64,000 nucleotides of DNA from Balanoglossus misakiensis (lineage: Eukaryota > Animalia > Hemichordata), in the NCBI GenBank assembly GCA_040954595.2, contig CM082594.2, positions 1,506,247 through 1,570,246 of the forward strand, in the 5' to 3' direction. Shown in pieces: positions 13,655 through 24,833 of this stretch; the stretch's first letter is position 1; each line of letters starts with the position of its first letter. The position numbers and the translations under genes were made by a program. A model generated the notes under the pieces. That model was not told the origin of the DNA and ran no database searches. It saw only the letters and a list, made by a program, of their open reading frames with translations.

Positions 13655-14521
13655 ATGGCGGCCACGTTGATGACTTGGGATGGGAGTGATGGTACGGAGA
13701 TTGAGAGCCATATTTGTCAGGTGGAGGCATACTTTGTTGCCAAAGATGTTACAGATGAACGGAAGAAAGTAGCCAGCCTCCATTTGTCTTTGAAGGGTGA
13801 GCCTAAGAACTTTTTCACGCAACTGCAAGCCAGCCAGACAAATACATTTGAAAATGCGTCAAAAGCCCTAAAAGATCGGTTCAAGTCGATGAAAACAACG
13901 ACACAGTATCAGCAAGAACTGGCAGAACGCAAGCAAAAAGCTGGTGAGTCAGCACAAGAGTTGAAATTTGCCATCATAGACCTTGTTTCTCGTGCCTATC
14001 CCGAGGTCAAAGATGAAACAACGCGCCTAACACTGGCAGTTGCTCATTTCCGTACAGCATTACGTGGTGACATAAGCAGGAAACTGTCCTGGATAACAAC
14101 TGAAAAGGAGACTTTAGATGACTTAGTGAAACGAGCTGTACAGTTGGAGAGAGATTCCTCTTCAATCAGAATAGTTGAAAGTGGCGCTGCAAATAACACT
14201 GAGGATGCTGTTGTTACTGATGAACTGCTCAAAAAGTTAGACGAACTTGCAACCGGACAGGCAAAGCTGGCAGGTACAGTTGCTGCAATACAAACACAAC
14301 AACAACAGAACAGAAATGGTTATAATCAGAGGACACCACGAACCTGTTACACATGTGGTAAAACTGGCCATATTGCCCGGAATTGCCGTGCTGGTCAGCG
14401 AGGTCCGGTAGGAGCATTGAACAGGTTTCGGGGCCTGTGTCACAGATGTCAGCAGGTTGGCCATCGTGCTGCTGAATGTACAGCACCGGCACCAGTGCAA
14501 ACACATCCGGGAAACTTCTAA
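13655..14521 (+). CDS. gag: Gypsy Gag with two CCHC zinc knuckles
   Basis: 288-aa intact ORF; CYTCGKTGHIARNC and CHRCQQVGHRAAEC; QKAGES capsid motif. Confidence 0.92.
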   Translation: MAATLMTWDGSDGTEIESHICQVEAYFVAKDVTDERKKVASLHLSLKGEPKNFFTQLQASQTNTFENASKALKDRFKSMKTTTQYQQELAERKQKAGESAQELKFAIIDLVSRAYPEVKDETTRLTLAVAHFRTALRGDISRKLSWITTEKETLDDLVKRAVQLERDSSSIRIVESGAANNTEDAVVTDELLKKLDELATGQAKLAGTVAAIQTQQQQNRNGYNQRTPRTCYTCGKTGHIARNCRAGQRGPVGALNRFRGLCHRCQQVGHRAAECTAPAPVQTHPGNF

Positions 14522-17487
14522 GGGCTGGATGTGGTGGTCAGTCTCCTTCAGCAAGAAACCAGCTGACCGAACCTGTTGTGTCTGTTGCATCACTGGCGGG
14601 ACCACTACCGAATGGTATTGAGATTGAAGGATTTATTGGAGGAAAGAAATGTACGTGGTTGATAGACACTGGTGCCCAGATAAGTGTTGTTGTTGATACA
14701 TTGATTGAAGGAGCCCAAGGAACTCTTTTACCCCCACTTTATAACCCCCAAGGAGCGAATGGGAGCAGTCTTGGAACTGTATGTGATATTGTGACAGACT
14801 GCCACGTCGGTAAACATAAAGTCAGCCAGCACCGATTTACCGTAGTCAAACATTCAACATACCCAGCCATCATTGGCATGGATATTTTCCCTTCATTGCC
14901 AATCCATTTGTCAATTGGGACTGATGTTTACTACGATTCAAGTTCACTGTCACATGGCGAGAAATCACAGAGACTGGGCAGATCAAGGCATAATGAATGT
15001 AAAACGGACATGCGTCCACAACAGCCAACAATCTGTCGCATCCAAGCCGAAGAGCCAATCACTGTTTTGCCGCGGCATATGTGTGTGATTGAAGGCACAG
15101 TGGAGTATAACTTGAGTCCAGGGACAGTTGGTATTGTTGAATCAGCAGGTTCCGAAGGAAGTGAACGTATGGGCATTGGTTGTGGACGAGTGTTAGATGT
15201 AATACGTACCGGAAGCAAAGTTCTAATGCACATGACCAACCCATCCAACACTACTTGTGAAATTGCTGCAGGATCCACTATTGGTACATTTTCCACAAAC
15301 ATTTGCGATACACCAGCAGTTCAGGCTGTGACTTCAAAGACTACAAAAGCACAGAGAGCAGCAAAAGTGGATAAAATGGCACGTTCTTTTGCTAGCGAAG
15401 CTGACATTACAGGGAGTGAAAAACACCGACTGTATAAACTGATTCAATCAAATAGTGATGTGTTTTCAGTCGAAGGAGAACTGGGGTTGACTGATAAGAT
15501 AGAACATGAAATTCCTACAGGCCAGGCAGCTCCTACTGCTCAACCGCCACGACGTGTGCCCTTCAACAAACTGCATGAGGTGGAGAACTTCATACAGGAT
15601 GGTCTGAAGGCAAATGTGATCAGACCGAGCCATAGCCCATGGTCGAGCTCGCCCTTTGGTACTTGTGAAGAAGCAGAATGGCTCAACACGCTTCTGTGTT
15701 GATTTTCGACAGTTAAATGAAGTAACTGTTGGCGATTCATTTCCGATTCCACGAATTGATGACAGTCTAGCAGCACTTGGCGGGGCAAAGATATTCACCA
15801 CACTTGATTTAGCGAAGGGGTATTGGCAGTTACCTGGGAAGGAATCGGACCGCCACAAAACAGCATTCGCCTGTCACAGAGGCTTGTTTGAGTTCAACAC
15901 CATGCCCTTTGGGCTCAAGGGAGCCCCTGCAACTTTTCAGAGACTTATGACATCAGTTTTTAGCGAACTGAACTGGGAGATAGTGTTAATCTACCTTGAT
16001 GATGTCATTGTATTTTCGAGCAGTTTTGATGAGCACCTGGAGCACCTGCGAATAGTGTTTGGAAAGCTTCGTGCAGCTTGCTTGAAATTGAATGTGGAGA
16101 AGTGTGTTTTTGCTCGGAAGCAGGTGAAGTACCTAGGCTATATTGTTGGCGAAGAGGGCATACAACCGGACCCAGACAAAGTATCTGCGATTTCAAATTA
16201 CCCAAGACCACAGTCTGTTGCCGAGTTGCGTCGCTTCTTAGGTATGGCGTCGTATTATCGACGTTTCATCAACACATTTGCAGACATAGCTCATCCCCTA
16301 CATGAACTCACCCAGAAAAATGTAGGTTATAACTGGACCAATGCTTGTCAGAATGCATTTGATCAACTGAGAGAAAAGCTGATGTCATACCCTGTGTTGG
16401 TATATCCATGTTTCACAGAAGACTTTGTCGTTGAGACTGACGCCAGTGATATCGGTTTGGGTGCACTCCTTTGCCAAGGTGGCCATGTCATAGAATATGC
16501 GTCTAGAGCGTTGAACAAGGCAGAAAAGAACTACTCAGCAACAGAGAAAGAATGCCTTGGTGTTGTATGGGCCCTCGAGAAATTTGGCATGTACTTGAAA
16601 GGGAGACCTTTTACTGTGATAACGGATCACAAACCCCTGACGTACCTACGGCAACTGAAGCAACCTAAAGGAAAGCTAGCACGTTGGCGGGTAACACTAG
16701 ACAACTACGACTTCACAATTTCACACAGGCCAGGGAAGTTGATGACTGTGGCTGATGCATTGTCAAGAGCACCACATGTTCATGCAGTTACTTTGGCTGG
16801 CATTTGGACGATAGACGAACTAGTCAGACTACAGCAAAATGATCAACATGTTGGCATAATGCGTCGTTGGGTAAAGGATGGCACAAAACCCAGAAACATT
16901 CCAAACCATGTCAACAGTTTCCTTGTCAAGGATGGGAAAATGTTGGACTTCCGTGACGATTTGTTGGTTCTCAAGACAAAGAAGGGGGACATGCCAGTAG
17001 AACAAGTTGTTATTCCACAGACAGAAGTAGAGCGTGTACTCACAGCACTTCATGACGAACTTGGACACTTTGGACCAGCTAAAACAAAATCAGCCGTCGG
17101 TTCAAGGTATTTCTGGTTTCACTGGAAAAGAGATGTCAATTTGTGGTGTCGCTCATGTCAGTCATGCTTACAGCGCAAAACTCCAACTATACCTGACCGC
17201 CCACCTGAAGGTGATTTACCAATTCCTGATCGACCCCTTCAGTCGTGGCACATGGATTTTGCAGGACCTTTACCTAAGACACCACGTGGAAACAGATACA
17301 TCTTTTCGCTAACAGACCCAATCAGTAAATGGGTAGAAGCATTCGCAGTGCCTGATGAGACAGCCAAAACAACAGCGGCCGTAATATATGATGAGATTGT
17401 TTGTCGATATGGAATACCTGAAGGGTTACATTCGGACCAAGGGAAAAACTTTGAAGCTTGTGTCTTGAAGGAGTTGTGTCAACAACA
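14509..17487 (+). pseudogene. pol: Gypsy Pol (protease, RT, RNase H, partial integrase) in the -1 frame
   Basis: LIDTGAQIS, MPFGL...YLDD, ETDAS...TDHKPL, HHCC, WHMDF...HSDQG. Frameshift at about 15645-15657; truncated before the integrase Glu. Confidence 0.93.
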
Positions 17488-18361
17488 GGGGGGACACTTT
17501 GTTCTACGGAGCAGAGAGTGCCATCGAAGTGTAGTCAGTAATTTTCATTTTTGCTTAGAATGTGTCTTGAAAAGTGTTGGATTAATCATGAATAAAAAAC
17601 GGAAAACGTGAAAAATACAACAAATCCGTATACAAAACCATTGCGAATCTGGTGACCGGAAGTGCCGTGTTCGATCGCCGGGTTTTATATCATGTGTATG
17701 AAACTATGCGTGAGCTCAGCTCAGCTCCTCCCAGTCATGGTGGACGTTGTTCATGTGCATCACTGTTATATTTGCTATGATTTTTTTTTCATGAAACAGT
17801 ATGTCCTATGTATACCTTTCAGAGAGAAATTTGCGACATCGCCCAAACGCCATTTTACGTCGGTAACGCACGTCCCCAGGACGAGTGACACTTTTCGATC
17901 GATAATATCTCGAATGTTCGACCGACTTTTGAAAATTGAAAAGCCAGACATTAGGTTTCTATCTAATCTAAAACGCATACTCTGGTTTGGTAACGATCTT
18001 CTTCGTAATAGTTGCCAAATGGCGGTGGGCTGAAAATTCGTTTTATACCCTGTATATATGTGTACTCACGTAGAGCACGGGCGTCATGGAACAATAAAGT
18101 GTATGGGTAATTTAGCATAGGCCTAAACGAACACACAATAAATTATTTCCTTTTTTTATGTGAACGAGAACTACACTCACGAACGGCCTAGCTACAGCTG
18201 GACTCGCAAAATATGCGAGCGAACGCACTAGCGCCGCCGAACGCGGAAGTGATGGAGCAATCTACAACCGCACGGCGCACGCGCCAGGCCCAGCGCGCGC
18301 GGCAGACGATCGTACGACTCCGTTGCTAGCCAGGACGTACAGACGCGTTCGTATACAGTGT
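17488..18361. mobile_element. Internal segment (17488-18075) and left end (18076-18361) of the same P-like family
   Basis: Near-identical to 27822-28405 and 27452-27744; the left TIR CACGGGCGTCATGG starts at 18076. Confidence 0.8.
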
Positions 18362-21300
18362 TAGTCTGGTTCCCTGCCCCAATCCCACCGCTGGCTGCGC
18401 TACGAATATGATGCATCCCGGTAATCATTTTTTTTTCAAACTTACTATCAGGCAATATCATTTTATAGACAGTTAGCTGAATCAATTCATTGATGAAAAC
18501 TGCATTTCTTGTCACAGGGATGACCAGGCGTGCAAACATGTTGCCGCCATGTTGTTTGGCTAATGGTCGTTTGGCGAGCGACACCAGGACAGAAACACTG
18601 TGGTTGGGACTGATGTCCAGTGTCAATGGGACCGCCCCAAAAAGTCTGTGGTACCACAGCTCCTGGACGACATCGATGTTAGAAAAAAGAGGAGCTCTCA
18701 ACTGACACAACCAACAGTTAGCATGTACAAGCCTGCAACAATTCCAGATGACCTTGAAAAAAGGTAAGAATTAGGACCATGTAGCACCACGCCAGTCATA
18801 TGAGCCTGGCATGAGTAGTTGTTACACATATGGTTTACATTGCATGGCCTGTATTTCCCATGATGCCCGGCGATGATCAAGCCTCGCTTCTGTAGTTTTG
18901 CTGACTCGTGTTGTGCATGCATTAAAGTTGTTCTTTGAGTCAACCTGTTGTGTACTTCACTGATGGACCCGACACCACAGACAACATATTTATATTTTGT
19001 TTCAGATGGAAACGTGTGTGTGAAAGAGATTCACTTGCCAGCCGCTACTTGTCAGACAGTGACTCTGAAAGTGATGACGCTCATTTACCAACATTTACAG
19101 AAATTTGCAGGAAACATAAATTAAATGGGGGGATTGAATCACTTGCGTCAGAATATACCCAGGATCTATGTAATTTAATTGAGGAAAGCACCAGGGGTCA
19201 AGCAACCAATCAAGGGTGGGTTAATCAGAGGGTTGGGAGAATTACCGCCAGTTTAGCTTATAAAATTGTTCATGTTAAAAATCAATCATCCAATCATTCA
19301 ATTCTTAAATCCATTCTTAATTGTAATCACTTCTCAGGAAATTTTCACACTGAATATGGCATAGAAAAAGAAAATGTTGCTAGAAGTTTATATTTTATAG
19401 AAAATGAAAAAACGCATAAAAATTTTAAAATAAGGGAAACAGGGTTATTTGTTGACCCAGGTCAACCACATTTTGGGGCAAGCCCAGATGGCATGGTTGA
19501 ATGTCAGTGTCATGGGAGGGGGGTAATAGAAATTAAATGCCCAAGCACTGGTGCCGAGTGTGATTTACAAGAATACGTGAAACTGAAAAATAATGTCAGC
19601 ATGGACCAAAACAAAAATATTCATCTCGAATCTGGTCCATGGCTGACCCAAATTCAAATGCAGATGGCAATAGCCAGGGTGGAATACTGTGATTTTGTTT
19701 TGTATTTAGGAAAGCATCCATATGTTCATGTAGAGAGAATATACCATGATAAAGAATTCTGGGATTTGTTAAGCACCAGATTGACAGATATATTCCTTTC
19801 TTGGGTGTTTCCAAACATTTAAAGAGAAATTTGTTGCCACTGTAAATTTTTGAGTGTTGTGTTTTGAATCCGGTAATAAATAACAGTTTTACCCCACATG
19901 AATTATAACATTCATTTCTCTGAGTGGTTTCTGGGGAAAAAGACAGCAATACAATCTTTTCCATGAGAAAATTTATGTTAGGGGACAATTATGCTGTAAA
20001 TGAAAAAAAAGAAAAAGCATAATTTTCTTGATATATTATATTTATTTGCATTTCTGTCATTTTGTTGCACCAGAATTGCGAATGTTAATTCTTCACAAGT
20101 GGTTCATAAAGATTGCACAGTGCTGCAGCAACTATCAACATCTGATTGGTAACAGGTTTTAAGAGACAATGGTATGATTTGAGATAAAAGGGAACATTTT
20201 TTTATTCTTTCAATGGCTCTCTCAACATGGATTCTCAATCTGGCAATATCACGAGTTTTCACAATTTCTTTCAAACTAAGATGTTTACCCTTTCCCCATG
20301 AACATTTGCGTGTGAACGGTGGAATTGCAAGATCTGCATGCCTTTTCAAACATAAATCCCTTATCAAAAAACCCCTATCAGCCATGACCAAGTCCCCCCT
20401 TTCAAGCAAATCAATTATACCACATTCCTTAGTAATGTGTCGATCAGATGCATTCCCACCCCACAACTTTGAAACAAAACTGATGAACCCATCTGGTGTT
20501 ATACCTATAAGAGCTTTACATGTATTTGGTGATTTGTAATTAGAGTATGTTATATATTGTGCTTTGGGCATTGATGGTTTTTGTATATAAAATTCTGTGC
20601 AATCAATGATTACTCTGGTTGTTCTATACTTTGACTTAAAACTACGAGGCAAGTTTTTCGACACACGTCTCCTGGATGGCCATTTCAGAAGAGGAGACAT
20701 AGCTGACGACAATACATTAATCCATGTTATGAACACCTGGGACACTCGAGTGGTTGATGTACCAAACATGTCAGCTAAAATAAACAAAGACAATCCCACC
20801 CGTAGCCTCATGAGTGTCAACATAAACTCCTGAAAAGGACTGAGTTTTCGCTGTCTTCCTCGTTTCCTGGGTATGGTTCCTCCATTGTTCTCTTCCCTGA
20901 AAATTGGCCAGCAATAAATCATTATGTTGGGATAAAAGCAAGTGATGAGTGAAACAAAGTTCATGAAGGTAAACCATCCCTATCCTAGCGAAGAGTTTCT
21001 GATGGACAAATGGTCAGAAAAACATGCATGAATAGAGCCCAGCAAGTTATCCATCATCTTAAAGGGCTGCAAACAATTTACATATGCCAATATATGGTTA
21101 GAGGAGTGTCTAAATAATATATAAACTTTTCGCAAAGTCACCTAGGGAAAATATGTCATTGGCTAGATACATGCACAATGATATGGTCAAACACTATCTC
21201 TTTCTGACACAGAATCAAAGTAACAAATGATTGAGAAATAACAAAAAAAATGGAAATATTACCTGAGACTAGGTTTTCCTTGCCAGTATTTTATATTTGT

Positions 21301-22748
21301 TGATGATGATGCAATATCAAAAACATCAGTAAGTTGGCTTCTTGATTTTATACCTACAGTATGTAATAAGAAATTATCTAATTATCAGATTTCACGACAA
21401 AATAAAAAATTCACAAGTTCATGGCACACAACTCATTGGCCTCTATCACTATTCCAAGCTTTAGCCCAGTAGCTGCTGTGGTTTTCCAGATTGACCATAG
21501 GCCCTTTAGGCACGGGCCCCTAAAAAACCCTACAAATACAGACAGCAGATATACCACTCTTCACTGTAAAATGAGGAAAACAGTGAAGTCATTGCCAAGT
21601 CTAAGCTTTTTTCCAATATGTACCATATACATGATTTCCATAGCTTACCTGTGTATTTCATGCAGCTTTTATCACTTTTCAGCAAACAATCCACAGTTAA
21701 ATCGCGCCGTAATTTATCTTTATCACTCAAGACATTCTCCAGTTCATTTACCCTTTTTTGTAAAAATATATTGATTTCTTGGGCTTGCTGCAGATGTGAC
21801 CCTTGAACAAAAAATTAAAAATTTGTTAATTTTAAGTTCCATTAGCTGTAACTCTTGTCTATGTTTAAGCAAAATGTACATGTACAACAATTTACTTCCT
21901 GAAGAGGATATGATCATTTATTTGTACAACAACAGTGATAATAAGGTTGTATAAAATATCCTTTTTTAAAACAGACAAATTTATATAAAAATATTGACAA
22001 CAAATTAAAAGAAAATATCAATAATCATCTATAAAAATGAGCTTTGAGTGTTAGAGACAATTAATACTATACTTTACCTGTAATATCTGTTTGGGTAGCA
22101 ACAGACACACCAGAACTATTTTCATTCAGATCAGTTCTACAGTAGGCATGATCATCACTTGGAGGATTGGTGATATCAAAGACTGCATCTATGGTAAAGT
22201 TTGACAAAATGATCAGAACCATATATTATCGTTGACATATTCCTTTCACGAAACTACAGTCATTTGGCCAATGTTTAGGTCCAAAAATAACTGAAGGTCA
22301 CAACAAGACCAAGTACATTTCAATTCGAACGAACGAAAGCGATGCTATCATCATTATCATGCGCCGGTGTTGTGCCGAATTCGGCACCATGCCGAATACG
22401 TCCCGCGCATGCCTTGACAAACAAGCGTGATTTCTATTCAGAAAACGGCCCCACACGACGTGTCGACCACCGCGCCGGTGCGTGCTTGGCGACAGTACGT
22501 GGTCAAGCAAGCGACAAGTGGGAGCGGAAGCAACGCTGTGTGGTATCACGTAGTACCACCATGCTACGTGTGGCAAGTTGTGTGTCTTAGGGCCTGGTCA
22601 GAATTAACAGGGGGGGGGGGGGGAAGGCCGGTGCGATTCAAAATCCGCATGCATGAAAAATACTGACCCTCCACCGATTTCTTGCACAAAAAATGCTGAC
22701 CCTCCCCCTTCTCCGTGAACAAAATCAAGTGACCCTCCCCACAATATC

Positions 22749-23184
22749 TAGCCCGGAGACACAGGCGTAGTAGGGGAAAAGGAACGCCCGGGGACAGTCT
22801 CTATTTACGCACCAAATTCTGTGCGCAGAAGGACACGGGTGGTAAATCTTGTGTGTAAGCTAATTGGTCACTTAAATGTAACAATGTGTAAACCAAATGA
22901 CATCATCGCATTCTAAATAAGGAAATAGAGGTGGAGTCATGAGTGAAATTCCCGCAACGGGGGTGTGGGAGTGGTTTTGAAGGTGTATGAATATTCATAA
23001 CCAAGCTTTGTTAATTATATCATCCAACCACTGGCGCCCGTCAACATTTGATAGATCAATCGTTATCCATTCGTTACTAAGCGACCCTGATCATTGCCAG
23101 GGCTACTATCTTTCAGCTCAGCAGGAAATTTCTCGACAGTCCCCGGGCGTTGTATTCTAGATCGACGCCTGTGTCTCCGGGCTA
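22749..23184. mobile_element. Academ (AcademH-like) MITE
   Basis: TIR TAGCCCGGAGACACAGGCGT; perfect 9-bp TSD CACAATATC (22740-48, 23185-93). Confidence 0.8.
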
Positions 23185-23595
23185 CACAATATCCGATGAT
23201 TCATTCTGATTTGTACAATCAGATATTACTCAGTCAAACCAGGCAAAGTTCACATGTGTACAGAAAATTGTCGACCACTATTAAATACACCTCAGTTAGT
23301 TATTTGCTTGTTTCCTCCAAAGTGTGACATTTGCAGTACATGAATACTTTGATTCATATGGCTTTTAAATATTCATTTTGAAATTTTCACTCTTATTCCT
23401 CAACATACTTTTCCTAGATAAATACAGTTATATGTACTTCATATCATTGTTAGTATCTAAAACAGAAAAAGTTATTAAATGGACAACCTCGATGATACAA
23501 ATCATGGAGAATTGTGGGTAAAATATCGTACTGTGCTCCCCTTCCCTTAAGAAATTAGGGTTAGGGTTAGGGTTGGGGAAAATGTAAGTTTTAGC

Positions 23596-24833
23596 TAATG
23601 TTTGCAACACTACTGTAACACTTGGAGTGGGTCTATCTTTAAAGTGTAAGCTGTTTTGAGATCGCCAATTATTACTCTAAAACATATTGAAGACCCGATG
23701 TGAAATCTTTAATAATAAATAAACAGGTGTGCCAAAAGTAAAGTGATGTTACAGTGGATCTTATGTCTACAATCATTTTAAAGTATAGGGTGAATCACTG
23801 TTTCTAGGTAATGTTTGCAACACTACTGTAACACTTGGAGTGGGTCTATCTTTAAAGTGTAAGCTGTTTTGAGATCGCCAATTATTACTCTAAAACATAT
23901 TATTATACCTCACTCTGTATTCCGTACTATTGATTGGCTGAGACCGTACCACGTGACATAGAAAAGAACGTGATATTACATGGTTGACAGAGTATATGGC
24001 CCGTTGGTAGGGGCTACGCGCGCGCTGAGAGAATATTACAGGCTGAGAACGGGTTTTAGGTTCTGCGCATCTTTTCTGCGCATAACAAACTGTCGTTCAA
24101 TGGCTTCCTTTACGATCAGTCAACTCCCGCATATATGGCTTCAAAGCGACACACAGGATTAACAGCTGTTCAACTGGACGATATTTTAACGCAAACGGGC
24201 AGTAAATACACCAAAGTCGCAACCAACAGCGCGGTTTCCTCAAGATTATCTGAGTTCGAAGTAGGTATGGCGAGATATTTTAGTTCCGGCAACCTGCAAT
24301 GTACGACATGGACGCAACCCTCTAGGCTGTATGTATGGTCAAATGTTCGGTATAATAAAATTAATAACACATGTCATGCTCGGGCAATATCATGATCTTT
24401 GGCCTGCCCTCGTGCTGGTGATCTCTGACCATAATATTGATAATACCCTCGCCTGCGGCTTGGGCATCATCAATATTATGGTCAGAGATCACCATCCCTC
24501 GTGCAGGCCAAAGATCATGATATTGCCCTCGCTAACATGTGTTATTATTTAATTGAAGACCCGATGTGAAATCTTTAATAATAAATAAACAGGTGTGCCA
24601 AAAGTAAAGTGATGTTACAGTGGATCTTATGTCTACAATCATTTTAAAGTATAGGGTGAATCACTGTTTCTAGGTAATGTTTGCAATAATACTGTAACAC
24701 TTGGAGTGGGTCTATCTTTAAAGTGTAAACTGTTTTGAGATCTCCAACTATTACTCTAAAACATATTGAAGACCCGATGTGAAATCTTTAATAATAAATA
24801 AACAGGTGTGCCAAAAGTAAAGTGATGTCACAG
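23596..24833. repeat. 213-bp tandem repeat (about 2.7 units), interrupted by a 653-bp insertion
   Basis: Unit start TAATGTTTGCAA at 23596, 23809 and 24675; diverged inverted copy near 25297-25430. Confidence 0.9.
23902..24551. mobile_element. Non-TIR element with long subterminal hairpin (Crypton-like MITE)
   Basis: Clean insertion into a satellite unit; about 190-bp imperfect palindrome at 24362-24548 centred on CCCTCGCCTGCGGCTTGGG. Family assignment tentative. Confidence 0.6.

Larger units (their letters stand above)
13308..17487 (+). mobile_element. Ty3/Gypsy LTR retrotransposon, 3'-truncated
   Basis: 5' LTR, PBS, gag, PR-RT-RH-IN order; breaks inside integrase; no 3' LTR. Confidence 0.95.
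11333..19822 (+). pseudogene. ISL2EU ORF2: SAP-like N-terminus + SWIM Zn finger + YqaJ/lambda-exonuclease domain (exons 11333-11515, 18518-18763, 19006-19822; middle exons missing)
   Basis: SVAELKKYLRDRG(V)...RKHELEELC (extra G at 11391-97); ACKHVAAMLF...QCQWDRP with an in-frame TAA; TRGQ...W...R.GRITAS...GASPDG...IEIKCP...QIQMQM...CDFV (PD-(D/E)XK). Linking exon 11333 to this gene is inference. Confidence 0.85.

Noticed and set aside
17488-17611. C-terminal extension of Pol (GGHFVLRSRECHRS...)
   Set aside because: Read-through into P-like repeat sequence after the truncation; the same text occurs at 27822-27944.
13071-18051. A single hAT element with 240-bp TIRs enclosing the Gypsy
   Set aside because: The inverted match extends into the flanks and there is no direct TSD; it is the same end duplicated inside two P-like copies and explained by the inversion.
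18381-18393. tRNA-Leu gene fragment (AATCCCACCGCTG, complementary to the Gypsy PBS)
   Set aside because: Only 13 nt, no TTCG T-loop or cloverleaf; better explained as part of the target-like repeat.
18935-20964. Prophage or bacterial IS interpretation of the YqaJ and DDE ORFs
   Set aside because: Both genes have spliceosomal introns and a THAP domain, and sit within TIRs in an animal gene intron.
23555-23575. Telomere or interstitial telomeric fusion site (TTAGGG x3; also about 26679-26697)
   Set aside because: Only about three units, inside a non-autonomous element.
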